A stretch of 64,000 nt of DNA from Muribaculaceae bacterium (GTDB taxonomy: Bacteria > Bacteroidota > Bacteroidia > Bacteroidales > Muribaculaceae). The stretch lies in NCBI GenBank assembly GCA_045637505.1, contig JAZTZO010000045.1, positions 31,384-95,383 on the forward strand. Reading direction: 5' to 3'. Below the pieces are notes generated by a model, which was not told the origin of the DNA, made no database searches, and saw only the letters and a list, made by a program, of their open reading frames with translations. Of the stretch, positions 1-8,967 are shown piece after piece (the stretch's first letter is position 1; each line of letters starts with the position of its first letter). The position numbers and the translations under genes were made by a program.

Positions 1-1
1 G

Positions 2-3000
2 GAGACATTTACCGACATACGTTTCTACCATCCTCGTGGAGTAGATATTGATAACAATATGGAATCTCCTGCGTTTGGTAACATTTATGTTACTGAAGGA
101 ATGCTTTCAACATCTGCAACTTATTGGAGTGGTACTCGAGGAGGAAATGGTCTATACATTTTTAAGCCAGATATGACTGGAGTAAAAAATGAAGTTACTG
201 GAAATTATGCATTTATGGGCGGATATACAGCATCGGTTCCCTCATATGGTTCTGACTTATGTCGCGTGCGTGTAGCTGAAGATGGACGCATCTTTGTTAC
301 TCGTTGTAACCAAGCAGGTAATTATATCTCTTATGTAAAAGATGCTGAAACACTTATCAAAACCAACAAGTTTAACTCATTGTTAAGTGGTGGTTCTATT
401 GATGCTACAACATATGAATATAAGTTGTCAAATGGAACATTCCTTGCAGGTGGTAATCTTGGATTTGATATAAAAGGTTCAGGTGAAAATTTGAAACTTC
501 TAGCTCTTTCAATAAATAATAAACAATGGGCTTTTACTTCATGTAGTGGTTCTGTTGTAAATGAATATAATTTAGGAACAGCAACAAAACTTCCTACACC
601 AACAACAATTACAGGTGTTTCAAACTATACAATTTCACCACAAGCAACAAACGTGACTTATGATAATCGTGGAGGTGTTTGGTATTGCCAATATCGTACA
701 ACACCTAGTGCTACTCAACCATGTTTGATTTATGTAGATGCTACTGGCACTCAAAAAATCTTTGAAGGTGCAGGTGGCGCTGTTCGCGGAGGTGGCGGTA
801 TTCGTTTTAATCCTGATTTTTCACAAATCGCTATCGCGACATCAAAAACTACATTTGATATCTATAACATTACTTATGCAGAGGATAATACTCCAAAGTT
901 AGAAGGTGTATATAAAGTTACTCATGGTATTGGTACAAATGTTTATGACCTTGCGTGGGACCTTGCAAACAATATTTATATTTGTGGTAACTCGGGTGAA
1001 CACTTAAAAGGTTTCTCTATCCCTCGTGCAAATAATGACTTTACAACAAAGGCTGCTTCAAAATATGCTGTAAACTATGAAGCAACTCCAACTATTACTC
1101 CTGTGGCAGGTAATGCTAACCCATATGCTTATGCATTGACAAGCACAGTTGAAAATGGTGTTATTTCTATCAACTACTCTCTCAATGCCGATGCTACAGC
1201 AGCCGAAGTTATCGTTAAAAATAGCCAAGGTGAGGCTGTAATTACTCAAGCTCTCGAAGGTGTTACAAAAGGCGCTCACACAGCAACTGTTGACCTCGCA
1301 GGTCAAGAAACCGACACTTATACTTGGGAAATTAAAGTAACAGGTGCCGCTCAAGATGGTATTAAAGAATTTGCTGCTTATCGCTTCTATCATCCACGTG
1401 GTGTAGATGTTGATAACAACATGGAAAGTGCTGCGTTTGGTAATATTTATGTTACTGAAGGTATTCGCACAATAAGTGCCACTTATTGGAGTGGTAATGG
1501 AGGTGGTAATGGTCTTTACATCTTCACCCCCGACATGCAACCAGTGAGAAACCCACAAACAGGCTTATATGCATTTATGGGTGGCTTTATCGCTGACGAA
1601 CGAGTAGCTTCAGGTTCTATAACAGAAGGTGCCGACTTGGCTCGCGTGCGTGTTGCTGAAGATGGTCGCATCTTTGTGACTCGTTGCAACGACGCTGGTT
1701 CATATATCGCATATGCTCAAGATGCTGCAACTCTTATTGCTGAAGATAAATTCACATCTCTTTTAGGTGCAGGTTCGGTTGATGCAGCAACTTATGCATT
1801 CAACGATGCTACTGGTAACTTCGTGGCTGGTCCTAACTTGGGCTTCGATATCAAAGGTTCGGGCGAAAACCTCAAAATGATGGCTCTTTCGGCTCAACAA
1901 GGTCTTTGGGTTTATAGCTGGAAAGGTTCAAGAATTGATGAATATACATTAGGCAATGGAACAACTCTTCCTGCTCCTGTTCAACATGCTGCTATTCCTC
2001 AAGCAACTACTGCTCCTCAAACTACTAATGTAGAATATGACAACCGTGGTGGTTTCTGGTATTGTCAAATGCGCCAAACTCCTACTGATGCTAACCCTGC
2101 ATTGGTATATGTTGATGCTAATGGTGATGTGAAATACTTTGAAGGTGATGGTGGTAAATATCGTGGTGGCGCTGGTATCCGTTTGAACCCTGATAACACT
2201 CAAATTGCTATCTCTTCTTCAACTTCTACATTTACTATTTATGACATTACATATGCTGCCGATAATACTCCTACATTGACCGAAAAATATGTTATCGCTC
2301 ATGGTATTGGTCGCAACCTTTATGATATTGCATGGGACCTCGCTGGCAACATCTACATTTGTGGTAACTCTGGCGAATATTTGAAAGGATTCTCTCTCCC
2401 ACGCGAAAACAACGAGTTCACAACTACTGCAGCCTCTAAATATGCTGTAAGTTATGAAGCTGTTGCTCCTCTTTATATTACTGGTGCTAATGTTGGTGGT
2501 AACTGGGATCCAGCAAATGCTGCTGAATTTACTTTTGATGGCGAGAACTACACATTCACTCTCACTGAAGCTACTACTGAATTCAAAATTTCTACAAGTA
2601 AAGGTTCATGGGATGAATTTAATGCAGGCAACCTCGCTGCTGATGCTGCAATCACAAATGGTGGTACAGTTAACCTCTCTGTTAACAAAGATGGTGGAAA
2701 CATCGTTCTTCCATGGGCTGGTGTATGGACTATCACCGTTGCAGACGACTTCTCTAAATTGACAGCTAAAACAGAAACTCCACGTCCTGATAATTTCCCT
2801 GCTACAATCTACATGGTAGGTCATGACGGCGCATGGGATCCAGCAAATCCTCTTGAAATTAAAGGTCAATATGGCGTTTACACAATGGAAGGCGTAGAAT
2901 TTACAAATGCTGAATTCAAAATCTCTACAAGCAAAGGTTCTTGGAGTGAATTTAATACTAATTGCTACGATGTAGTAAATAATCCTATCGCAATAGGTGA

Positions 3001-3610
3001 ACCTGCTACATTGAAGAAAGGTGACCAAAATATTAAGATTGGAGCTACTGTTGACACTTACGATGTAACTATCGACCTCGAAAATATGACAATCACATTG
3101 ACTGGTAAGGTTGAGTATCCCGAAGTTATCTATGCTATTGGTAATGTAAATGGTTACAGTTGGTCAACAAGCGAAGGTGTTGTGCTCACTCACACCGAAG
3201 ATGGGGTGTATGAAGGTGAGTTTGAAATAGATAATGCCGATAATGGATTCGGTTACTTCCAATTCGCTACTACTCTTGGAGATAGTTGGGATGCTGTAAA
3301 CGCTGGTACTCGCTATGGTGCACTCGAATCAGATCAATTGGTTGAAGCTAACACTACTTATTCTATGACTAATAACTGGGGTGGTGGCTCACAATCATGG
3401 AAATGTGTAGCAGGTACTTGTAAAGTTCAAGTTGACATTGTGAACTGTACAATGCAAATCCTTGAATTCACTGGCGTTAACGCTGTTGAATTTGATGAAA
3501 ACGCTCCTGTTGAATACTACAACCTCCAAGGTGTGAAAGTTGAAAACCCATCAAATGGTACATTCATCAAGGTTCAAGGTAAGAAAACAACAAAAGTTTA
3601 CATCAAGTAA
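2..3610 (+). CDS. Large T9SS-sorted surface protein, 5'-partial (frame open to window edge)
   Basis: The ORF 59..3610 frame stays open back to nt 2. Nt 2-58 encode ETFTDIRFYHPRGVDIDNN, the same peptide that precedes the second internal repeat (FAAYRFYHPRGVDVDNN), so the true start lies upstream of the window. It has two ~350-aa propeller-like modules, an Ig-like module and three GNWDP/GAWDP-type beta-sandwich modules. The C-terminus YYNLQGVKVENPSNGTFIKVQGKKTTKVYIK resembles a type A T9SS sorting domain. Confidence 0.8.
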   Translation, partial: ETFTDIRFYHPRGVDIDNNMESPAFGNIYVTEGMLSTSATYWSGTRGGNGLYIFKPDMTGVKNEVTGNYAFMGGYTASVPSYGSDLCRVRVAEDGRIFVTRCNQAGNYISYVKDAETLIKTNKFNSLLSGGSIDATTYEYKLSNGTFLAGGNLGFDIKGSGENLKLLALSINNKQWAFTSCSGSVVNEYNLGTATKLPTPTTITGVSNYTISPQATNVTYDNRGGVWYCQYRTTPSATQPCLIYVDATGTQKIFEGAGGAVRGGGGIRFNPDFSQIAIATSKTTFDIYNITYAEDNTPKLEGVYKVTHGIGTNVYDLAWDLANNIYICGNSGEHLKGFSIPRANNDFTTKAASKYAVNYEATPTITPVAGNANPYAYALTSTVENGVISINYSLNADATAAEVIVKNSQGEAVITQALEGVTKGAHTATVDLAGQETDTYTWEIKVTGAAQDGIKEFAAYRFYHPRGVDVDNNMESAAFGNIYVTEGIRTISATYWSGNGGGNGLYIFTPDMQPVRNPQTGLYAFMGGFIADERVASGSITEGADLARVRVAEDGRIFVTRCNDAGSYIAYAQDAATLIAEDKFTSLLGAGSVDAATYAFNDATGNFVAGPNLGFDIKGSGENLKMMALSAQQGLWVYSWKGSRIDEYTLGNGTTLPAPVQHAAIPQATTAPQTTNVEYDNRGGFWYCQMRQTPTDANPALVYVDANGDVKYFEGDGGKYRGGAGIRLNPDNTQIAISSSTSTFTIYDITYAADNTPTLTEKYVIAHGIGRNLYDIAWDLAGNIYICGNSGEYLKGFSLPRENNEFTTTAASKYAVSYEAVAPLYITGANVGGNWDPANAAEFTFDGENYTFTLTEATTEFKISTSKGSWDEFNAGNLAADAAITNGGTVNLSVNKDGGNIVLPWAGVWTITVADDFSKLTAKTETPRPDNFPATIYMVGHDGAWDPANPLEIKGQYGVYTMEGVEFTNAEFKISTSKGSWSEFNTNCYDVVNNPIAIGEPATLKKGDQNIKIGATVDTYDVTIDLENMTITLTGKVEYPEVIYAIGNVNGYSWSTSEGVVLTHTEDGVYEGEFEIDNADNGFGYFQFATTLGDSWDAVNAGTRYGALESDQLVEANTTYSMTNNWGGGSQSWKCVAGTCKVQVDIVNCTMQILEFTGVNAVEFDENAPVEYYNLQGVKVENPSNGTFIKVQGKKTTKVYIK
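23..2455 (+). repeat. Intragenic tandem duplication, period 1362 nt (454 aa)
   Basis: FYHPRGVD(I/V)DNNMES(P/A)AFGNIYVTEG starts at nt 23 and again at nt 1385. The following ~350 codons are collinear (for example CRVRVAEDGRIFVTRCN, LGFDIKGSGENLK, YDNRGG.WYCQ, AWDLA.NIYICGNSGE.LKGFS.PR). Confidence 0.8.
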
Positions 3611-3663
3611 GATCCTAATTGAAAGTTGAGAATTTTCTAACTCTTTAATCTCTACTAATATTG

Positions 3664-3700
3664 AGCGAGCAATCCTATGTGGGTTGCTCGCTTGTTTATT
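3664..3700 (+). terminator. Rho-independent terminator after the surface protein gene
   Basis: Hairpin agcgagcaa(t)cc / gg(g)ttgctcgct followed by tgtttatt. Confidence 0.6.
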
Positions 3701-3714
3701 GAGTATTTTTTTAC

Positions 3715-3722
3715 TACTTTTG
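3715..3722 (+). promoter_or_regulatory. Candidate Bacteroidota -7 box TACTTTTG
   Basis: Exact TAnnTTTG match 47 nt upstream of the ATG at 3769. Confidence 0.35.
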
Positions 3723-3768
3723 ATGTTGAATTTTTTTTAAAAATAGAAATATCAAAAAACTAACCCAT

Positions 3769-5046
3769 ATGAAACAGTTTATATTATCTTTTGCCATGAT
3801 GATTATCATGGGAATGAGTGTGATGGCGCAACCTCGTGCCACAAAAGTGCAGGTGAATATAGTGCCTAATCATAGCAATGCTCTTTATCGTGTAGGAGAG
3901 CAAGCCAAGGTGAAAGTGATGGTTACCGACTGCGGCATGGCACTTAATGATGCGGTGGTAAATTATGAGGTGAGCGAAGATTTGATGACGCCTCACATCA
4001 CAAAGTCAATTACTCTTAAAGGTAATGAGGGCGAAATCAACTTAGGCTCAATGAAAAAGCCTGGATATTTGCGAGTAAAAGCTGTGGTAGAGAAAGATGG
4101 TAAGAAATATTCATCAATAGCAACTGTCGGTTATGATACCGATAAATTGCAACCTACGGTTACTCAACCCGATGACTTTAAGAAATTTTGGGATGCGCAG
4201 TTGGCTGCTGTTCGCAAAGTGGATTTAAAACCTACTATGACCCTTCTTCCCGAGCGTTGTACCGATAAAGTGAATGTATATCATATCTCTTATCGAAATA
4301 TCAACAACACCCGCATGTATGGCATTTTGACGATGCCTAAAGCCGAGGGGAAATACCCAGCAGTTCTTCGTTTCCCAGGAGCTGGAGTAGGGGAGAAATC
4401 GGGCGATATAGGCCATGCCGCACAAGGCGCTATTGTTCTCGAATTTGGCATTCATGGCATTCCTGTAAATATAACTGGCACTACAATATATAGCGACCTT
4501 GGAAGTGGAGTGCTTGCTTCATATCCTACTTATAACCTTGATAATCGCTATTCATATTATTATAAACGCGTGTATTTGGGCTGTGTGCGTGGCATTGACT
4601 TTATTGAGACATTACCCCAATTTAATGGCAAGATAGGCACCTTTGGAGGTAGTCAAGGAGGAGCTTTGTCGATTGTGACATCGGCTCTCGACAATCGCAT
4701 CAATGCTACTGTGGCATATTTCCCCGCGCTTTGTGACCTCGAGGGTTATACTCATGGACGCGCCGGTGGATGGCCTCATGTGTTTAAGAATAAAGATAAT
4801 TGCACGCCCGAAAAACTTAAAACAGCAAGATATTACGATGTGACTAATTTTGCGCGTAATCTCACTGCTCCCGTGAAATATTTCTTGGGATATAACGACT
4901 TGACTTGCGCTCCCACAACAACTCAATCAACCTATAACATCATCACAGCGCCCAAGTCGCTTATCATAGGCGAAAATAATGGCCACTGGCTATATGCCGA
5001 GCAAACCAACGCATTGTGGGATTGGATGTTTGAACAATTAAAATAG
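3769..5046 (+). CDS. Acetyl xylan esterase / cephalosporin-C deacetylase family (CE7-like), secreted
   Basis: N-terminal signal peptide MKQFILSFAMMIIMGMSVMA. GGSQGG nucleophile motif (FGGSQGGALS). Length and C-terminal Asp/His context fit AXE1-type alpha/beta hydrolases. Confidence 0.8.
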   Translation: MKQFILSFAMMIIMGMSVMAQPRATKVQVNIVPNHSNALYRVGEQAKVKVMVTDCGMALNDAVVNYEVSEDLMTPHITKSITLKGNEGEINLGSMKKPGYLRVKAVVEKDGKKYSSIATVGYDTDKLQPTVTQPDDFKKFWDAQLAAVRKVDLKPTMTLLPERCTDKVNVYHISYRNINNTRMYGILTMPKAEGKYPAVLRFPGAGVGEKSGDIGHAAQGAIVLEFGIHGIPVNITGTTIYSDLGSGVLASYPTYNLDNRYSYYYKRVYLGCVRGIDFIETLPQFNGKIGTFGGSQGGALSIVTSALDNRINATVAYFPALCDLEGYTHGRAGGWPHVFKNKDNCTPEKLKTARYYDVTNFARNLTAPVKYFLGYNDLTCAPTTTQSTYNIITAPKSLIIGENNGHWLYAEQTNALWDWMFEQLK

Positions 5047-5092
5047 GATGATAGAAGCATATCCTATGGTTGTGTTGCAACAATGGAATTTT

Positions 5093-5174
5093 AAGATTTT
5101 CGGAATGAAATCCCTAAATATTATAAGATTTTCGGAATAAAATCCTCAAATATTATAAGATTTTTGGATTTTAC
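5093..5174. repeat. 32-bp tandem direct repeat, 2 full copies plus a degenerate third
   Basis: aagattttcggaatGaaatccCTaaatattat (5093-5124) and aagattttcggaatAaaatccTCaaatattat (5125-5156), then aagatttttggattttac. It lies 40 nt upstream of the ATPase ATG. Confidence 0.85.
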
Positions 5175-5212
5175 AAAAAAAGTTATTTAATTTGCAGTAT
5201 AAATTTTATAGA

Positions 5213-6343
5213 ATGATTGACCGCAAAATAAAAAACTTAATTACTGCCCAACTCGGATCCAATAAGGCTATAATAATAATGGGAGCTCGCCAAGTGGGTA
5301 AATCTACGTTGTTGATGCAAATGTTTGCTGGGCAAGAAAATGTGTTGTGGTTAAATGGAGATGAGACCGATGTGAGAGGTCTTTTTGAAAATATAACATC
5401 AACGCGTTTAAAGGCTATCATAGGTCAAAATAAAATAGTCGTTATCGATGAAGCTCAACGCATTTCCGATATAGGTTTAAAATTAAAATTGGTAACCGAC
5501 CAAATAGCGGGAGTGCAAGTGATTGCAACAGGGAGTTCTTCGTTTGATTTAGCAAATAAGGTCAACGAGTCATTAGCAGGTCGTAAACGTCAAATACATA
5601 TGTCGCCTTTAATGTTTTCAGAAATGGTTGACAATGTAGGATTTATAGAGGAAAAACGCATGCTACCACATCGATTGGTATTTGGCTATTATCCCGAGGT
5701 TGTGACCAATCCTGGAAATGAAAGGATGATTTTAAAAGAATTGAGCGATAGTGTGCTATACAAGGATATCTTATCGTTAGATTCGATAGGCAAGCCCGAT
5801 AAATTGCAACGATTGTTGCAAGCGTTGGCCTATCAAGTAGGGTCGCAAGTATCGTATAATGAGCTTGGAAGGCTCATAGGTCTTGACTCTAAAACAGTAG
5901 AACGTTATATAGATATATTAGAAAAGAGTTTCATAATATTTAGACTTAATTCATTTTCACGAAATTTGCGTAACGAATTGAAAACTAGTCGTAAAGTATA
6001 TTTTTGGGATAATGGGATAAGAAATGCTGTGATAGGTAATTTCTCATTTTTGGAGCAACGAATGAATGAGGAAGCCGGAATGTTGTGGGAGAATTTTGTT
6101 ATATCAGAAAGAATGAAAATGAATTCGATAAGAGAGTTCTTTGGGACAACATGGTTTTGGCGCACGATGCAACAAAAAGAAATAGATTACCTTGAGGAGG
6201 AAAATGGAGTTGTAAATACATATGAATTTAAATGGAATCCAAAGGCTAAAGCAAAGCGTCCCGAGGCTTTCTTTACAGCTTATCCTAATAGTTCGTTTAA
6301 TGTTATTACTCCCGAAAATATAGAGGAATTTTTATTGATATAA
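5213..6343 (+). CDS. AAA-type ATP-binding protein (AAA_14 plus DUF4143-like architecture)
   Basis: Walker A GARQVGKST and Walker B VVIDEAQ. The track ORF starts at a TTG (5192). The first ATG is at 5213 (MIDRKIKNL...). GC is low (hand count 17/60 at 5941-6000). Confidence 0.8.
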   Translation: MIDRKIKNLITAQLGSNKAIIIMGARQVGKSTLLMQMFAGQENVLWLNGDETDVRGLFENITSTRLKAIIGQNKIVVIDEAQRISDIGLKLKLVTDQIAGVQVIATGSSSFDLANKVNESLAGRKRQIHMSPLMFSEMVDNVGFIEEKRMLPHRLVFGYYPEVVTNPGNERMILKELSDSVLYKDILSLDSIGKPDKLQRLLQALAYQVGSQVSYNELGRLIGLDSKTVERYIDILEKSFIIFRLNSFSRNLRNELKTSRKVYFWDNGIRNAVIGNFSFLEQRMNEEAGMLWENFVISERMKMNSIREFFGTTWFWRTMQQKEIDYLEEENGVVNTYEFKWNPKAKAKRPEAFFTAYPNSSFNVITPENIEEFLLI

Positions 6344-6345
6344 TA

Positions 6346-7122
6346 ATGGTAACGATATTATTTCATTCAACGATATTTGGACCTATTCGCAGCCGTCGAT
6401 TGGGTGTGTCATTGGGAGTAAATCTTTCGCCTAACGATGGCAAAATATGCTCGTTTGACTGCGTATATTGCGAAGCCGGATATAACTCGCAAGGAGCAGG
6501 GACTACTGGTTTGCCCAAGAGAGAAAAGGTGAGTCAAGAACTTGAAGAAAAACTCAAGAACATGAAAGAGGCCGACGAGCAACTCGATGTTATCACCTTC
6601 TCGGGGAATGGGGAGCCTACATTGCACCCTCAATTTGCTGAAATCATTGACGACACTATCGCTTTGCGTGATAAATATTTCCCACAGGTGAAAATAAGTG
6701 TATTGTGCAACTCTACCCAATTGGACAACGAAAAAGTTGTGGAGGCTCTGCGCAAAGTGGATAATAATATACTCAAACTCGACTCGGCGATAACCCCAAC
6801 AATGCGCCTCATTGACCAACCAGCCTCACCTTCTTTTACAAGCGAAGGAGTGATAGAGCAAATAGCACAATTTGGCAGTCAATGTGTGGTGCAAACAATG
6901 TTTTTGCGAGGCACGCACGAAGGTCAGTTGATTGACAACACTACCCCCGTCGAGATTGAGGCGCTAATAAAGGCCTATAAGCGCATTGCGCCTCGCCAAG
7001 TGATGATTTACTCCATTGATCGCAAAACACCCGAGCAGAGCCTCGAAAAAGTGTCGCGTGAGGAGCTTGAGGCAATTGCTGCCATAATAAGAGAAGAAGG
7101 AGTTGAAGTGATAGTGAGTTAG
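6346..7122 (+). CDS. Radical SAM protein
   Basis: CxxxCxxC cluster motif CSFDCVYCE near the N-terminus, and a GNGEPT glycine-rich SAM motif. Confidence 0.75.
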   Translation: MVTILFHSTIFGPIRSRRLGVSLGVNLSPNDGKICSFDCVYCEAGYNSQGAGTTGLPKREKVSQELEEKLKNMKEADEQLDVITFSGNGEPTLHPQFAEIIDDTIALRDKYFPQVKISVLCNSTQLDNEKVVEALRKVDNNILKLDSAITPTMRLIDQPASPSFTSEGVIEQIAQFGSQCVVQTMFLRGTHEGQLIDNTTPVEIEALIKAYKRIAPRQVMIYSIDRKTPEQSLEKVSREELEAIAAIIREEGVEVIVS

Positions 7123-7153
7123 AAATTAAAAAAACAAAGTAATAAATATAATC

Positions 7154-8080
7154 ATGAGTCAAAATATAGTTTTTCCAGCGCCATTGAAAGAGGGTGATAC
7201 CATTGCGATATTATCACCAGCGGGAATCATTAAGCCCGAACATGTGCGCAATTCAATCCCCGTGCTTGAGGGACAAGGTTGGAAAGTAAAAGTGATGCCT
7301 CACACGCTTGGACGATGGGGAAATTATAGTGGAACACCATCGGAACGACTTGCCGACTTGGAAGATGCATTTCTCGACCCCGAAGTGAGGGCTATTCTTT
7401 GCTCGCGAGGTGGCTATGGCGTAGTTCATTTGATGGACGCCCTCAATCGCTTACCTATCGAAAACGACCCCAAATGGGTGATAGGTTATAGCGATATCTC
7501 GGCTCTTCATGCCTTGATGTCAACCAAAGGCATTGCCAGCATTCATGCATCAATGACCAGTCACATAAGCAAGGGGGCTGAAGATGTTGACAACAAAGTA
7601 TTGTTTGATATCTTGCGAGGAGAGGCTCCAGCATTCACGTTTGAGGGCCATAAATATGACCGATTGGGCCAATGCTCGGGTAAAATAATAGGTGGTAATG
7701 TGGCAGTAATCGCCGAGTTGATAAACACTCCTTATGACATCATTGAAGATGACACAATATTGTTTATTGAGGACGTGTCAGAGCCTATATATAAGATTGA
7801 GCGCATAATGTATCAATTACGATTGAGTGGAGTGTTGCCACGCCTACGAGGGTTGGTAGTAGGGCAGTTTACCGAGTATAAGGGCGATAGCAATTATCGT
7901 GACATGGAAACGATGATTTACGACATGGTGAAACCCTATGACTATCCTGTGGCATTTAATGTGCCTATAGGCCACGTGAGCCACAACATCCCAGTGATTG
8001 AGAGCGCGCAAGCCACTCTCAAAGTCACCGATGCAGGGAAAACACATCTCATCTTTTGGCCTATGGGAAACAATGCATAG
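7154..8080 (+). CDS. ldcA: LD-carboxypeptidase (peptidase S66, muramoyltetrapeptide carboxypeptidase)
   Basis: GYSDISALH nucleophile motif, FIEDV acid, and PIGHV histidine near the C-terminus. Confidence 0.8.
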   Translation: MSQNIVFPAPLKEGDTIAILSPAGIIKPEHVRNSIPVLEGQGWKVKVMPHTLGRWGNYSGTPSERLADLEDAFLDPEVRAILCSRGGYGVVHLMDALNRLPIENDPKWVIGYSDISALHALMSTKGIASIHASMTSHISKGAEDVDNKVLFDILRGEAPAFTFEGHKYDRLGQCSGKIIGGNVAVIAELINTPYDIIEDDTILFIEDVSEPIYKIERIMYQLRLSGVLPRLRGLVVGQFTEYKGDSNYRDMETMIYDMVKPYDYPVAFNVPIGHVSHNIPVIESAQATLKVTDAGKTHLIFWPMGNNA

Positions 8081-8130
8081 TTGATAATAGGACATTTATA
8101 GTCAGATGAAAATTAAAAAGTCAATAAAAA

Positions 8131-8173
8131 GGGACCTCAATCACATAAATTCAGTGATTGAGGTCCTTTTTTT
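8131..8173. terminator. Bidirectional terminator between convergent genes
   Basis: 13-bp perfect stem ggacctcaatcac / gtgattgaggtcc, with an A-run upstream and a T7 run downstream. Confidence 0.65.
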
Positions 8174-8257
8174 CGATTTATAATCCATTATATGAGACGA
8201 AATCATTAACGTAGTACTTTCACAATATAAATCTTGAGACCTATTATTCTTTATCTA

Positions 8258-8608
8258 TTAATAATCCACGTTGTTGAGTTTGATGATTATCAATAAATAA
8301 ATAAGTAATAACACAACGTGACAAATAATGAATACTGGAATGCTAAATGCAAATGGAGCAAAAGACAAACAACTGATTAAAAAAACGATAAACATCACTA
8401 TTGACGTAGTCCTTACTAAGGCTGCTTGTCTGCCATTTTCAAATTTAGTAGCAACTGATAGAATTCCTGTTATTGATAATAACAAAAAAGATGTTATTGT
8501 TACAACAAAATACTGGGGGTCATTTTCTTTACTTATTTCATAACAACCCCATGTTACCATTGCAACAAGAATTAATATTATTATTGTCTTAATCCAATCA
8601 ACTTTCAT
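8258..8608 (-). CDS. Small integral membrane protein (about 4 TM), last gene of the SPFH operon
   Basis: Hydrophobic segments IIILILVAMVTWG, VVTITSFLLLSITGILSV, SIVMFIVFLISCLSFAPFAF and VFIICHVVLLLIYLLIII. There is a 4-bp overlap with the upstream gene. Confidence 0.6.
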   Translation of the reverse strand: MKVDWIKTIIILILVAMVTWGCYEISKENDPQYFVVTITSFLLLSITGILSVATKFENGRQAALVRTTSIVMFIVFLISCLSFAPFAFSIPVFIICHVVLLLIYLLIIIKLNNVDY

Positions 8609-8958
8609 TTTAATGGAATATTATTGAGTAAAAACAACTTACATATTTCACTCACTTTGCGAGCAAAAGTCCATCCACTCATACCCCTATGCCACACAAG
8701 TGTGTCGGGTGTGAGTTTCCCATTTTTCACAAGAGAATCCAACTCTTGCTCACTTAATGGCCCTGCTTGTTCGCCATCAATAGCGGCATAAAACCCTTGT
8801 TGTTGGAGTGTAATAGATGAAGTTGTACCTACACCAGGTACATTCATGCCACTCATGGCATAATTCATTGTATTGACCATTTGTTGAGCAACAGCTATGC
8901 CCATTCCAAACTCCACAAGACGATCTATTGAATTAAAATTATTTTCCATAATCATCAT
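8605..8958 (-). CDS. GYF_2 (DUF4339) domain protein
   Basis: FYAAIDGEQAGPLSEQELDSLVKNGKLTPDTLVWHRGMSGWTFARKV matches the GYF_2 pattern. The N-terminal half is Met/Gly/Asn-rich, like the tail of the upstream SPFH protein. Confidence 0.65.
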   Translation of the reverse strand: MMIMENNFNSIDRLVEFGMGIAVAQQMVNTMNYAMSGMNVPGVGTTSSITLQQQGFYAAIDGEQAGPLSEQELDSLVKNGKLTPDTLVWHRGMSGWTFARKVSEICKLFLLNNIPLK

Positions 8959-8967
8959 TTTTTAATA

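Noticed and set aside
5093-5174. Possible CRISPR array (also considered for 27923-28006)
   Set aside because: The units abut each other with no unique spacers, there are only 2-3 copies, there are no cas genes, and the repeats are not palindromic in the CRISPR manner.
5213-7122. AAA ATPase plus radical SAM as a two-gene defence pair (viperin-like)
   Set aside because: The two genes differ sharply in GC, which suggests the ATPase was inserted next to a resident gene. The radical SAM protein shows no viperin-like C-terminal features that I can recognise. No supporting evidence in the sequence.
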